Shown in pieces: positions 9,419 through 18,722 of a DNA stretch of 64,000 nucleotides; positions within the stretch are counted from its first letter, which is position 1, and every line of letters begins with the position of its first letter. Origin of the DNA: Clostridia bacterium (GTDB taxonomy: Bacteria; Bacillota; Clostridia; Christensenellales; DTU072). The DNA is taken from assembly GCA_045535785.1 (NCBI GenBank), contig JAZSMH010000064.1, forward strand, positions 5,751-69,750. Reading direction: 5' to 3'. The notes below the pieces were generated by a model that saw nothing but the letters and a program-made list of their open reading frames with translations, was not told the origin of the DNA and searched no databases. The translations under genes and the position numbers were made by a program.

Positions 9419-10834
9419 TTAGTCGTCCGCACCTGCTAGTGCTTCGAATTTATCTTTCTTTTGTTCGGGCTTTGAGTCACCGTGTTTTACGAATAACATT
9501 GTTACGAATGCTGCGAGTACGCAAGCGGTTGCGTAGGGGAATAAGGGGGACATATCGCCAACTAGGTCCATTATTACACCCGATAGGACGGGAGTTAGCA
9601 CTTGTGCCGACATGCTTGCCGTATAGTACCAACCCGTGTATCTACCGGTGTTGCCCGATTTTGCAAGTTCTACTACCATGGGGAAAGAGTTTACGTTAAT
9701 GGTTGCCCATGCAATACCTGCTAAAGCGAAGATTAGATACATGAATACGGGGTGGCTTTCCGCCGTCATGAATATTGCAATGAAGAATGCCGTTGCGAGT
9801 AAGCCTACACCGATAAGAATGGTTTTCTTTCTACCCAATTTGCTAGCAAGTAGACCTACGGGAATATAAGCAATTATTGCGCCTGCTTGCGCTATCATTA
9901 GCGTTAAGTCGTAGCTTTGGTGTAGTACGCTGTCTGCGTAAAGTGAATATTTAGACGTGATTGCGTTATATCCCATGAACCATAGAGCAACGGAAGCAAG
10001 AATAAGTAGTAGGGAGGTAAGTTGAGCCTTAGGTAACTTTTCACCCTTGTCTTGTTTTTTGAATTTAATACCCATTCTTGTGAATACGTTTTGCTTTTTA
10101 AGCGTTGTTTCTTGTTCCTCATCTTCAATCGTTGCGTTATCGCTAACTAAGGTTTTTGCATCAACTTCTACAATAACTTCTTCAACGACCTCTTCGGTGA
10201 CTTCTTCGGGGAAGTATTTTAACGTTGCTTCTTCCATATCCTTAACCCACTTAGGTTCTTTAACGGTAAGCAAGAATACGATTAAACCTACTAGCATAAT
10301 TCCGCCTACGCAGATAAAGTAGGTGAAGAAGTTATCCATATGGTCTTGACCGACCTTTACTATCATACCTAGACCGAGTACGAGAAGTCCGCCTGCGGTA
10401 CCCATAAGGTTAATGATAGCGTTACCCTTAGAACGGTGAGGTTTGCAAGTTACGTCGGGCATCAATGCTACTGCAGGTGAACGGAAGGTTGCCATAGAGA
10501 TTAGCGTAACCAAAAGAACTGCAATGAAGAGATATAGATTCTCGATAAGGGGAATAAAAATGAAAGAAAGCACCGCGCAAATAGTACCTATGAAGATAAA
10601 GGGCGTACGTCTTCCGAATTTCGTCTTCGTCTTATCGGATAATCCACCGAATAGGGGAAGTAAGAATACTGCTAGCACGTTATCTAGTGCCATAATGATA
10701 CCCGATTCCGTTTGGCTCATACCGTATTTATAAGTCATAAGCATAGGTATAGCCTTATCGTATGCTTGCCAGAATGCACTGATTAGGAAGAATGCAAAGC
10801 CGACAAGAATTGTTCTCTTTACGTTGATTTTCAT
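9419..10834 (-). CDS. MFS transporter (SLC45/maltose-sucrose permease-like)
   Basis: 'GLSDKTKTKFGRRTPFI' and 'FRSPAVALMPD' motifs; 12 TM helices. Confidence 0.85.
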   Translation of the reverse strand: MKINVKRTILVGFAFFLISAFWQAYDKAIPMLMTYKYGMSQTESGIIMALDNVLAVFLLPLFGGLSDKTKTKFGRRTPFIFIGTICAVLSFIFIPLIENLYLFIAVLLVTLISMATFRSPAVALMPDVTCKPHRSKGNAIINLMGTAGGLLVLGLGMIVKVGQDHMDNFFTYFICVGGIMLVGLIVFLLTVKEPKWVKDMEEATLKYFPEEVTEEVVEEVIVEVDAKTLVSDNATIEDEEQETTLKKQNVFTRMGIKFKKQDKGEKLPKAQLTSLLLILASVALWFMGYNAITSKYSLYADSVLHQSYDLTLMIAQAGAIIAYIPVGLLASKLGRKKTILIGVGLLATAFFIAIFMTAESHPVFMYLIFALAGIAWATINVNSFPMVVELAKSGNTGRYTGWYYTASMSAQVLTPVLSGVIMDLVGDMSPLFPYATACVLAAFVTMLFVKHGDSKPEQKKDKFEALAGADD

Positions 10835-10932
10835 AAAAAACTCCTTGCTTTTAAGTTAAGTCAATAGGTATTCTAACATACAAAGTAAGAATTGTCTATA
10901 CGTGTGCGCGCAAAAAATAACAATTTATTAAC

Positions 10933-10957
10933 AAAAAAGCACGCTGTCGCGTGCTTT
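10933..10957 (-). terminator. Intrinsic terminator of ftsH
   Basis: AAAGCACGC-tgtc-GCGTGCTTT with an A-run on the left (U-tail on the minus strand). Confidence 0.7.
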
Positions 10958-10981
10958 CGTTAGTAATTAACGTTAAATTCG

Positions 10982-13069
10982 TTATTGATTATCGTTTTCG
11001 TCCTTGTTTTCGTCCGTTTGCTCTTCGCCACCGACTTGAACGTTTTGATTGTCATTATTTACGTTGTTATCGTTGTTACCATTATTTTCGTTGTTACCGT
11101 TTTGACCGTTGTTAGGTTGATTAGGTACGATTATGGTAGAAGCAGGAGCAAAAACGGGGGTTACTACTGGAGGAGTGAATTTCTTTGCTTCTTCTTCGAG
11201 TTTAGATTGCTTCTTGTCGATATAAGCGTTGATTTCTTCCACCGATTTACCTTCCATTAGCATATCAACTTCGTCCGAGTAGATAGTTTCTCTATCGAAT
11301 AGAAGTTTTACCATATTGTCGAGCACTTCTCTATGATTGCGTAGACATTCTAGCGCGCGCTCGTAGTTGTATTCGATGATTTTCTTAATTTCTTCGTCGA
11401 TTATAGAAGCAACGTCGTCCGAGTAAGATACTTGCGTTTGATAATCTCTACCGATGAATACCTCTTGATCGCCACCGTAGAATAGGTTAGGAAGTCTATC
11501 ACTCATACCCCATTCGCAAACCATTTTGCGAGCAATACCCGTTGCGCGCTTAATGTCGTTGCTTGCGCCCGTAGATATGTCGCGGATTACGATTTCTTCA
11601 CACGCACGACCACCGAGCATCATTGCAATTTGGTCGTTGAGCTTATTCTTCGTTACGTGGTTGTTGTCATTCTTCGGTCTACTTAGAGTATAACCTGCCG
11701 CCATACCTCTAGGTATGATACTTACTTCTTGTACCGCGTCACAGTATTTCATAAGTTTACCAACGATAGCGTGACCTGCTTCGTGATAAGCAGTGATACG
11801 CTTGTCGCTTTCGGTAATAACTCTCGATTTCTTTTGCGGGCCTGCAATTACCTTGTTGATACCTTCTAGGATATCCTTCATTACGATAACTTTTCTATCA
11901 GCACGGGCTGCTAAGATTGCGGCTTCGTTAAGTAGGTTAGCAATATCCGCACCACTAAATCCGCTAGTCATACGAGCTAAAGTGCGGAAGTCTACTTCGG
12001 AAGAAACGGGCTTGTTGCGAGCGTGTACCTTAAATATTGCTTCTCTTCCCTTAACGTCGGGGATATTGACGTAAATTTGTCTATCAAATCTGCCGGGACG
12101 AAGAAGTGCGGGATCAAGAATATCTGCACGGTTAGTTGCAGCCATTACGATAATACCGTCGTTGGTATCGAAACCGTCCATTTGAACGAGTAGTTGGTTA
12201 AGCGTTTGTTCTCTTTCGTCGTTACCAGCGCCAAGACCGGCACCACGTTGACGACCGACAGCGTCGATTTCGACAATGAAGATAATGCAAGGCATGTTTT
12301 TCTTCGCTTGTGCAAAAAGATCGCGTACTCTGCTTGCGCCGACACCGACGAACATCTCTACGAAGTCACTACCGGAGATAGAGAAGAAGGGCACGTTAGC
12401 TTCGCCTGCCACCGCTTTTGCAAATAGCGTTTTACCCGTTCCGGGAGGGCCTACAAGAAGGACACCGCGCGGTATCTTTGCACCGATTTCGGTGAATTTC
12501 TTGGGATTTTTTAAGAAATCAACGATTTCTTTTAGTTCGGTCTTTTCTTCCTCTGCGCCTGCAACGTCGCTAAATTTAACCTTTACGTTAGAAGCAACTC
12601 TCGGTTTCGTCTTGCCAAAACTGAGCGCACCGCCTTGTCCACCCTTACCACGCATAGAAGCGATTAAGAATATAGCAAGCACCGCGATTATTACGAAGCT
12701 AAGTATGGATACGATTGTAGACCAAGAAGTACCGCTGTTAGGATTGGTAAGAATGATTTTTGGTAAAGCAATATTATGCGCCGAGCAATAGTCGATTACG
12801 TCGTCGGCGAGCGTCCTGCTTACGATAATAACCGTGTATTGCGTTTCTGCAGCCGTACCGTCTTTTAGCGTTACCTTTATTCCGTAAGAATCGGTGAATT
12901 CAATCGTCTGCACTTTGCCTTCTTTAAGGTCGAGCCAAAATTCTTCATACGACTTTTCGGGAGTGCGGTTGAGCGTGCTTATAACGATTGCCGCGGCAAT
13001 AACCAAAACAATGGCTATCGCTATGATAATTATAGTTTTTTTGTTGTTATTAGTAGGCTTATTGTCCAC
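10982..13069 (-). CDS. ftsH: ATP-dependent zinc metalloprotease FtsH
   Basis: Two TM helices, Walker [14 protein letters not shown] pore loop, SRH '[10 protein letters not shown]' and HEAGH. Walker B reads IIFIVEID rather than IIFIDEID. Confidence 0.95.
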   Translation of the reverse strand: MDNKPTNNNKKTIIIIAIAIVLVIAAAIVISTLNRTPEKSYEEFWLDLKEGKVQTIEFTDSYGIKVTLKDGTAAETQYTVIIVSRTLADDVIDYCSAHNIALPKIILTNPNSGTSWSTIVSILSFVIIAVLAIFLIASMRGKGGQGGALSFGKTKPRVASNVKVKFSDVAGAEEEKTELKEIVDFLKNPKKFTEIGAKIPRGVLLVGPPGTGKTLFAKAVAGEANVPFFSISGSDFVEMFVGVGASRVRDLFAQAKKNMPCIIFIVEIDAVGRQRGAGLGAGNDEREQTLNQLLVQMDGFDTNDGIIVMAATNRADILDPALLRPGRFDRQIYVNIPDVKGREAIFKVHARNKPVSSEVDFRTLARMTSGFSGADIANLLNEAAILAARADRKVIVMKDILEGINKVIAGPQKKSRVITESDKRITAYHEAGHAIVGKLMKYCDAVQEVSIIPRGMAAGYTLSRPKNDNNHVTKNKLNDQIAMMLGGRACEEIVIRDISTGASNDIKRATGIARKMVCEWGMSDRLPNLFYGGDQEVFIGRDYQTQVSYSDDVASIIDEEIKKIIEYNYERALECLRNHREVLDNMVKLLFDRETIYSDEVDMLMEGKSVEEINAYIDKKQSKLEEEAKKFTPPVVTPVFAPASTIIVPNQPNNGQNGNNENNGNNDNNVNNDNQNVQVGGEEQTDENKDENDNQ

Positions 13070-13178
13070 TTTGTCATCTTCCTTTTATAAACGTTAATTG
13101 TAAAATAGTATACCAAAAGGAGGACGTTTATGCAACGAAAAAATCTCTCAATATATACCATTTGTCGCTAATATTATA

Positions 13179-13673
13179 TTAAAAGTTATAACTCAACCTT
13201 AAATTGCACGTTAAATTTTGAATTTTTTGTGCGATTTTTTCAGCAAGATTATCGATTTCCTCATTTTTTACGTTAAGTAATGCCAAAAAATTATCCTCTT
13301 GCTTGACCGCTACTACCCCCAAAAAACCTATATCACCGAACTTCTCGAACTTGCGTTGTAGCGCGCTACCTGCGCGTAAACCTTCTAGAGAATACTTAAT
13401 TTTGCCCACGTCCTCTTCCTTACCAAGACACGCGTCCACTGCAATAATTATGCTCTCTGCGTGGTGCGTCCTAACGTGCTCGTAGTATTTTTGACAGTTG
13501 ACACCCGTCACGGGCGAAGACGTCTTGCCGTAGACGTATGCGTTAATTTTGTACTTATTGATAAGCAGATCACCCACCTTCGGACCAAGACTATCACCGA
13601 TTACTTTTGGTGTACCTATGCACACAACGACGGGTTTTTTTATATTCATTTCCATAAAAAATATCATTGCCAA
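13179..13673 (-). CDS. yyaC: Spore protease YyaC (DUF1256)
   Basis: 'VVCIGT...GDSLGPKVG' and 'IIAVDACLG' motifs. Confidence 0.8.
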   Translation of the reverse strand: MAMIFFMEMNIKKPVVVCIGTPKVIGDSLGPKVGDLLINKYKINAYVYGKTSSPVTGVNCQKYYEHVRTHHAESIIIAVDACLGKEEDVGKIKYSLEGLRAGSALQRKFEKFGDIGFLGVVAVKQEDNFLALLNVKNEEIDNLAEKIAQKIQNLTCNLRLSYNF

Positions 13674-13906
13674 AAAATTACTCGTTTATTCTTGACAATA
13701 TTTTCATTGCCTGATTTGCGCTGCTAGCCTTTTATGTGTAATTTCATAACCAAAGGATATAGCACACTGTTTATTGGAAAAAAGATACCCAAACAAAAGA
13801 ATTAAGTTAATTTCATTAGTGAGAGCATTTAGAGAGGATATAGAGATTAAGCACACTTTTGTTGCGCGTACGTATTTGCAAGTATTATTTTGATAAAAAT
13901 TTATTC

Positions 13907-13936
13907 TTGACATTATCGCGCGTGAGGTTGTATAAT
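13907..13936 (+). promoter_or_regulatory. sigma-A promoter
   Basis: TTGACA-18 bp-TATAAT upstream of the CvpA-like gene. Confidence 0.65.
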
Positions 13937-14006
13937 GTTTTCGTATAAATATCGCGCGCTGACGCAACGCGCGTATAGGCAGGGTATTCTTGCCGACAGG
14001 AGGCAT

Positions 14007-14912
14007 ATGAGCGGATTAATTTTGGACGTAGTAGTTGTAGTTATCGCAGTACTGTTGATAATATTCGGTATTTGGCGCGGTATGTACAAACTCATTTTCG
14101 GCTTGGTATCAAGTTTGGCTGCACTAGTTCTTGCAGTCGTGCTTGCATCTACCGTTACGACTTTCGTTATCGACAAGACTAACGTTGACGAAATGCTTTA
14201 CGAAGCGCTAGACGAAACCATTCAGCAGACGATACCTGCGGAGGTAGACGCATCCAACGTAGAGATCACCTTCAAAGAGGATGGCACCGTAAGCATTATT
14301 CATAACGGACAAGATCCGTACGAAAGCATCACCGAGTATCTCTCTAACACGCCCTTATCAATGGTGGGAGGAGTTCTTGATTCGTTAATTATGAGCGACA
14401 CTACCATTTCGGTAATCAATCCCAATATGGGACAGGAGGACGCCGAGCCCGTTCATAAAACTCTCGCCGGTATGCTCAGTACCACCGCGATAGTTTATAT
14501 AATCATGGCCGCATCGTTCATACTGCTTTGGATAGTGATGTACATCGTGGTTAGACTGATTATGGCGTTAGTCAAGCGCATCGTACGCACCACCTACGTT
14601 GGACATTTCTTCGACAAGGTGCTGGGTATGGTGATAGGCTTGCTCATTTCTATGGTTATCATTTGGGGTACGCTCGCAGTTATCCGCTTGCTCGGTACGT
14701 ACACCTGGATCATTCCCGTTAACGAAATTATCGAACAATCTACGCTTACGAAGTGGTTGTACGAAAATAACTTTATTTATAATTTCTTGGTTAGCTCGAC
14801 CAATCTACAAGAGAGCATTGCAGGACTTCTCGGTAACCTCGGTGGAGAAACACCCTCAGTCGACGAAGAGAGTACCGAAGGAGTTGTTAGCATGATTGCG
14901 CGTGTGATTTAG
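14007..14912 (+). CDS. CvpA-like membrane protein with an extracellular insertion
   Basis: 'ILDVVVVVI...GIWRGM', 'DKVLGMVIGL' and 'IEQSTLTKWLY' motifs. Start moved to ATG 14007 after AGGAGG. Confidence 0.7.
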   Translation: MSGLILDVVVVVIAVLLIIFGIWRGMYKLIFGLVSSLAALVLAVVLASTVTTFVIDKTNVDEMLYEALDETIQQTIPAEVDASNVEITFKEDGTVSIIHNGQDPYESITEYLSNTPLSMVGGVLDSLIMSDTTISVINPNMGQEDAEPVHKTLAGMLSTTAIVYIIMAASFILLWIVMYIVVRLIMALVKRIVRTTYVGHFFDKVLGMVIGLLISMVIIWGTLAVIRLLGTYTWIIPVNEIIEQSTLTKWLYENNFIYNFLVSSTNLQESIAGLLGNLGGETPSVDEESTEGVVSMIARVI

Positions 14913-14946
14913 TTCACCACGCAATTTTTGCATTAGGAGGCATTTT

Positions 14947-17886
14947 ATGAAATTCACTGGGAGTTTTATCGGAAAATTATTTCTGATTATCATTTGTATC
15001 ATGCTTGGCGCAGTATTAACCGTAGGTGGCGTTGCACTAGCAGGATACACTTTGCTTACCCAGACCACAATGGGTGATTTGGAAGAAAAGGTGGCGTCCG
15101 ATGAGATGCCCATAGACTTTGGCGAAGAGGTGGAACAAAGCACCGTGCTAGAATGGGGTACTGCGTTGATAGAAGCCGTCGGCAACATGAGCGTAACTAC
15201 CATTGGAGATTTGGAGAATCTCGTAGGATACCCGGTGTTAAGCGATGCGTTTGATCAAATGATAGGTGCGGATCCCGAGGTAATCAAGAGCGCGACTTTC
15301 GAGAATCTCGGTGCAACGATAGCCGACTCTATGACGCTAGACGCTATTAGCGAGAAGATGGAGATATCTCTTCCCGACATGCCCTTATTCAGCGATGAAG
15401 ACTTCATGACGAAGCCTATCTCTATAGCGTTCGAAGATTTGACGGAATATCCTTTGGAGATGTTCGTAGAGATAAACGAGGAGGAGGATAACCCCATACT
15501 CGTATCTTTCAAGGACCTTACTATATCCGAACTAGGCACGGACAAACTCAACGACAAAATTAACAATATTAAGGTAAGAGACGTTATAGAAATCACCGAG
15601 AACAGCAACCACGTCGTTCAATCTGTTGCGCACCTTACCGTAGGTGAATTAGGCGGTGATAAAGCGGAGAAAATAATCAATTCGCTCTATTTTGACGAAA
15701 TTATGACCATTAACTCCGACTCCGTTGAAGCACTCAAAGGTTTACAATACGCTTCGTTAGAAAGCATGGTTATGTACGTAAACAAGGCTGAATACGATGC
15801 GTCTTCCGCTACTTTCAAGGCAAGTGAAGATTACGATGCGACCAAAGAGGTAAGCGGATATCAATATATATATTCATCTGACGGTATCGCATACGTTCAC
15901 GACGTTAACGAAAAGGGCAATCCTATCGTTCAGCTCGTTGACGGAGAAGAGTGTTATAGAGTTTACGAAACCAAAGATTACAAAGAAATGTACCGTCCTA
16001 TAATTGGTATTAACGATAAGTTAGACACCATGGCGCTCAAAGATTTCTTATCGATAGACGAAAGCAACACGTTATTATATAGTTTACGCAACAGCAGACT
16101 TAACACCCTTACCGAAGACGTAAAGAGATTATTCGTTGGCGAGATGTTCGATATAACCGAAGGCGAAAGCAACAAGACGCTCGTTGCTATCAAATATTCC
16201 ACTATGGAGACGGTTACCGCGCTTATTCCCGTTAGTGACGTGCTAGACGGATATGCCGAGAGTGACAAGGAAGTAGAAGGCTATCACTATTTTTACACCG
16301 AAGACGAAGACGGTGACAAAACGTCCCACGTATTCATTATGGATCATGCTACCGGTGAACCGGAGATAGAAATGGTGGAAGGCGTTGCTTGCTACAAAGT
16401 TTACGAAACGAGAGATTTTGAAGGTAAACATAGACCTATCATAAGCATTGACGACCACATGAACGAATTGTTCATTAACGAGCTTACCGACGTAGAGGGC
16501 GACTCTGCAAAAGCGTTACAATCGATAAAATACGCCACCGTACAATCGGATATCTACACCGTAAGTAAGAGTGCTTTCGACGCGTCTACCGCTGCATTCA
16601 AAGCGAGCGCTAGTTACAATGCCGATTACGAGTTAGCTGAAGAAACTTACGTCTACACCCTTGGCGGAGTTGCTTACGTATTGAAGATGGAGGACGGCAG
16701 TCCCATCGTTACCGACGTAGACGGCACTCAATGTTATACTGCGTATAGAACTAGATTCTACGGTGCAAAATTCCGTCCCTTACGCGGTATGAACGAGGCA
16801 TTCGACACCTTAACGGTAGGCGATATCATTGACGTAGATACAAATTCTAGCCCTCTCGTTCAATCGTTAAAAGATACGTTAATAGAGGACATCGACACGG
16901 CGGTTGCTCACCTATTAATGGACGAAATTATAGAAATGGACGAAGGTACTTCTCAAATTGTTAAGAGCGTTAGATATTCTACCCTTAACACTATCAGTAA
17001 GTATATTCCTAAAGATGCCTGCACGGCTTATGCAGGAAGCGATTGCGTAGACGGTTACGACTACGTAGAATACAACGGTGATTACTACGTTCTTATCTAT
17101 CAAAGCGGTCTACCTATAGAAGAGGATATAGACGGAGTAGTTCATTATAAGGTTTACGAAACCAAACTATATCAAGGTAAACTCTATCCGATGATGGGTA
17201 TTAGTAAAAAAATGCAAGAACTCACCGTAGGTGAAATGTTTAACGATATGGACGGTGTGCTTGGACTTATCGATCCCAACACGCACATTGACGAAATATC
17301 CACGGCAGTTTCTAGCGCAGTACAAGATACCTCTCTTGCTACCTTGATAGGCGTAGGAGTTATCGACGATAGTAGCTTCAACGTAAATAGCCTACCTAAG
17401 GAGCAACATTCGTTCCTATTCAACAGTAGCATGACCGAGGTGCTTACTGGTGTAATTGACTTCATGGGTACGCCTATCGTAGACGTAGGCGGTATACCTA
17501 TGCCTAACTACCAAGTTATCTGTCCTAATCACGCTACCATCAGCGTACTAGAATTCAACTCCATTACCGAGTTTGTTACTGCATACGATATGTACGATAC
17601 CTTGCTTTTGGGCGCAGACCTTACCGTAAGAGTAGATGCTACCCTAGATGCAAAATTCGCAGTTGATAGCGATAGTGACGGTAACGTTGATTACTATGCA
17701 ATACCTATGTTCAATATTCTAGAAGGCACGACCTACGTTATTACCTTCGACGGTAACGTAAAACTAGGTGTAGTCGACGAAATAACGGGCGAGGTGAGTG
17801 ACAACCAATACGGTTATTTCTATTACGATAACGCTTCGCAAGTTTTGAACGCTATTGATAGCACTATTAAGGTAGATACCCCGTAA
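14947..17886 (+). CDS. Large acidic, N-terminally membrane-anchored repeat protein of unknown function
   Basis: 979-aa ORF with an AGGAGG RBS, N-terminal TM and internal repeats. Confidence 0.8.
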   Translation: MKFTGSFIGKLFLIIICIMLGAVLTVGGVALAGYTLLTQTTMGDLEEKVASDEMPIDFGEEVEQSTVLEWGTALIEAVGNMSVTTIGDLENLVGYPVLSDAFDQMIGADPEVIKSATFENLGATIADSMTLDAISEKMEISLPDMPLFSDEDFMTKPISIAFEDLTEYPLEMFVEINEEEDNPILVSFKDLTISELGTDKLNDKINNIKVRDVIEITENSNHVVQSVAHLTVGELGGDKAEKIINSLYFDEIMTINSDSVEALKGLQYASLESMVMYVNKAEYDASSATFKASEDYDATKEVSGYQYIYSSDGIAYVHDVNEKGNPIVQLVDGEECYRVYETKDYKEMYRPIIGINDKLDTMALKDFLSIDESNTLLYSLRNSRLNTLTEDVKRLFVGEMFDITEGESNKTLVAIKYSTMETVTALIPVSDVLDGYAESDKEVEGYHYFYTEDEDGDKTSHVFIMDHATGEPEIEMVEGVACYKVYETRDFEGKHRPIISIDDHMNELFINELTDVEGDSAKALQSIKYATVQSDIYTVSKSAFDASTAAFKASASYNADYELAEETYVYTLGGVAYVLKMEDGSPIVTDVDGTQCYTAYRTRFYGAKFRPLRGMNEAFDTLTVGDIIDVDTNSSPLVQSLKDTLIEDIDTAVAHLLMDEIIEMDEGTSQIVKSVRYSTLNTISKYIPKDACTAYAGSDCVDGYDYVEYNGDYYVLIYQSGLPIEEDIDGVVHYKVYETKLYQGKLYPMMGISKKMQELTVGEMFNDMDGVLGLIDPNTHIDEISTAVSSAVQDTSLATLIGVGVIDDSSFNVNSLPKEQHSFLFNSSMTEVLTGVIDFMGTPIVDVGGIPMPNYQVICPNHATISVLEFNSITEFVTAYDMYDTLLLGADLTVRVDATLDAKFAVDSDSDGNVDYYAIPMFNILEGTTYVITFDGNVKLGVVDEITGEVSDNQYGYFYYDNASQVLNAIDSTIKVDTP

Positions 17887-17914
17887 TAATTAGTATTTGA
17901 TTTTCACAATCAAC

Positions 17915-17946
17915 AAAAAAGCGCCGAAATCGATTTTCGGCGCTTT
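17915..17946. terminator. Intrinsic terminator between convergent genes
   Basis: AAAGCGCCGAAA...TTTCGGCGCTTT. Confidence 0.75.
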
Positions 17947-17987
17947 GTATATGCTAATAAAAACGTTTTGGTAACCCAAACTAGATA

Positions 17988-18446
17988 TTATTCTTCGTTA
18001 TCCTCTTCTTCCTCTTCTTCCTCATCGAATTCTTCGTCGAATTCTTCGTCGAATTCTTCTTCAAATTCTTCGAGTTCGTCTTGAGATAATTCTTCTTCAA
18101 GCTCTTCTTCGAATTCTTCGTCGAATTCCTCGTCTTGAAGACCTTCTAGAGAAAGTTCCCAGCCGTCGCTTTCATCGTCGGTGTCGGTAACTTCGGTTTC
18201 TTCATCAATATCGGATAGAGAAGACGAGCGCTCGTATTCTAGCATACAGTTTTCGCAGTATTTTTCGCCGTCGGAGACGTAGTTCTTATGACAGCGTGGG
18301 CAAAGACCTAAATCTTCCTCTTCTTCCTCTTCGGTGGGTTCCTTGAATATCACACCGCGCATTTCTTGCTTGCAGATTTCGCAATAATCTTCTTCTGCTA
18401 GTATATAGTTGAGTTCACAACGTGGACATTTTTTGTACTTGGCCAT
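17988..18446 (-). CDS. Double Cys4 zinc-ribbon protein with a very acidic tail
   Basis: CPRC..CEIC and CPRC..CENC motifs, E/D-rich C-terminus, GGAGG RBS. Confidence 0.75.
   Translation of the reverse strand: MAKYKKCPRCELNYILAEEDYCEICKQEMRGVIFKEPTEEEEEEDLGLCPRCHKNYVSDGEKYCENCMLEYERSSSLSDIDEETEVTDTDDESDGWELSLEGLQDEEFDEEFEEELEEELSQDELEEFEEEFDEEFDEEFDEEEEEEEDNEE
18025..18072. repeat. 12-bp coding tandem repeat (TCGAATTCTTCG, about 4 copies)
   Basis: Encodes the EEFD repeats of the acidic tail. Confidence 0.7.
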
Positions 18447-18722
18447 TATTCCTCCTAAACGCTAACAAACTAACGTAGTGGCTATATTATATTTACCAAA
18501 AACCGATTTGTAAACTGTTTTTTTATATTTTTTTTGCAAATTTTCGATATTTTTGTAAACCTCACTATACCCCGAGACTTTTCGCAGGTAAGAACCGCCC
18601 AAAAATAGTTAAATTTTTCCGCAAAATACTATTGATATAAATAATAATTTATGTTAATATATATGTACGGTGGATAGTGCCGAAGTGTTTTTTGCACGGC
18701 AAAAAAAGGAGAAAGGTACGTA

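Noticed and set aside
13704-14176. Minus-strand ORFs upstream of and overlapping the CvpA-like gene
   Set aside because: They overlap a consensus promoter and a better-supported gene, with no RBS or recognisable motif.
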